The notes under the pieces were generated by a model. The model made no database searches, was not told the DNA's origin, and saw nothing but the letters and a program-made list of their open reading frames with translations. The position numbers were made by a program, and so were the translations under genes. From the NCBI GenBank assembly GCA_037442105.1, contig JBBIQV010000007.1, forward strand, positions 62,001 to 100,753: a DNA stretch of 38,753 nt, read 5' to 3'. Of the stretch, positions 38,753 through 38,753 are shown piece after piece. Source of the DNA: Nitrospiraceae bacterium. Its GTDB lineage: Bacteria; Nitrospirota; Nitrospiria; Nitrospirales; Nitrospiraceae. How positions within the stretch are numbered: the stretch's first letter is position 1; every line of letters begins with the position of its first letter.

Positions 38753-38753
38753 G

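Larger units (their letters stand above)
37748..38753 (-). mobile_element. Distal end of an integron cassette array (integron or CALIN) carrying toxin-antitoxin cassettes
   Basis: Co-oriented short genes, each module followed by an attC or attC remnant; no integrase in the window. Confidence 0.8.

Overview
GC-rich bacterial chromosome segment. The gene set and order suggest Nitrospira/Nitrospirota (an inference, not a database result). Bases 1-16.4 kb are a minus-strand housekeeping run: DUF502-glmU-glmS-gatC-panD-gatA-DUF948-ytxH-gatB-eno-ftsB-era-mgtE-recO-DUF971-lipoprotein-glgA-radA(partial). Bases 16.5-25.9 kb are a plus-strand run: tmk-holB-metG, an exported hypothetical, ftsH, a 717-aa lipoprotein with a GHSGG hydrolase motif and a SAM methyltransferase carrying a signal peptide. 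Next come proC, a HEAT-repeat protein, a vapBC-like pair with a degenerate PIN site, a four-lipoprotein LpoB/LPP20/COG3014 operon, a 56-aa ORF absent from the ORF track, a Cys-less caspase-like TPR protein and acs. The most notable signal is in the last ~1 kb: the distal end of a minus-strand integron-type cassette array. It has a 59-bp attC, a 64-bp attC with mutated core triplets and a half-attC remnant. Every identifiable cassette is a toxin-antitoxin module (BrnA-like antitoxin tail, addiction antitoxin with truncated ParE, HicBA). No integrase lies in the window. Other signals are several heptamer-repeat hairpins, an in-frame internal RBS/GTG in metG and a probable leaderless proC. No tRNA, rRNA or CRISPR array was seen.
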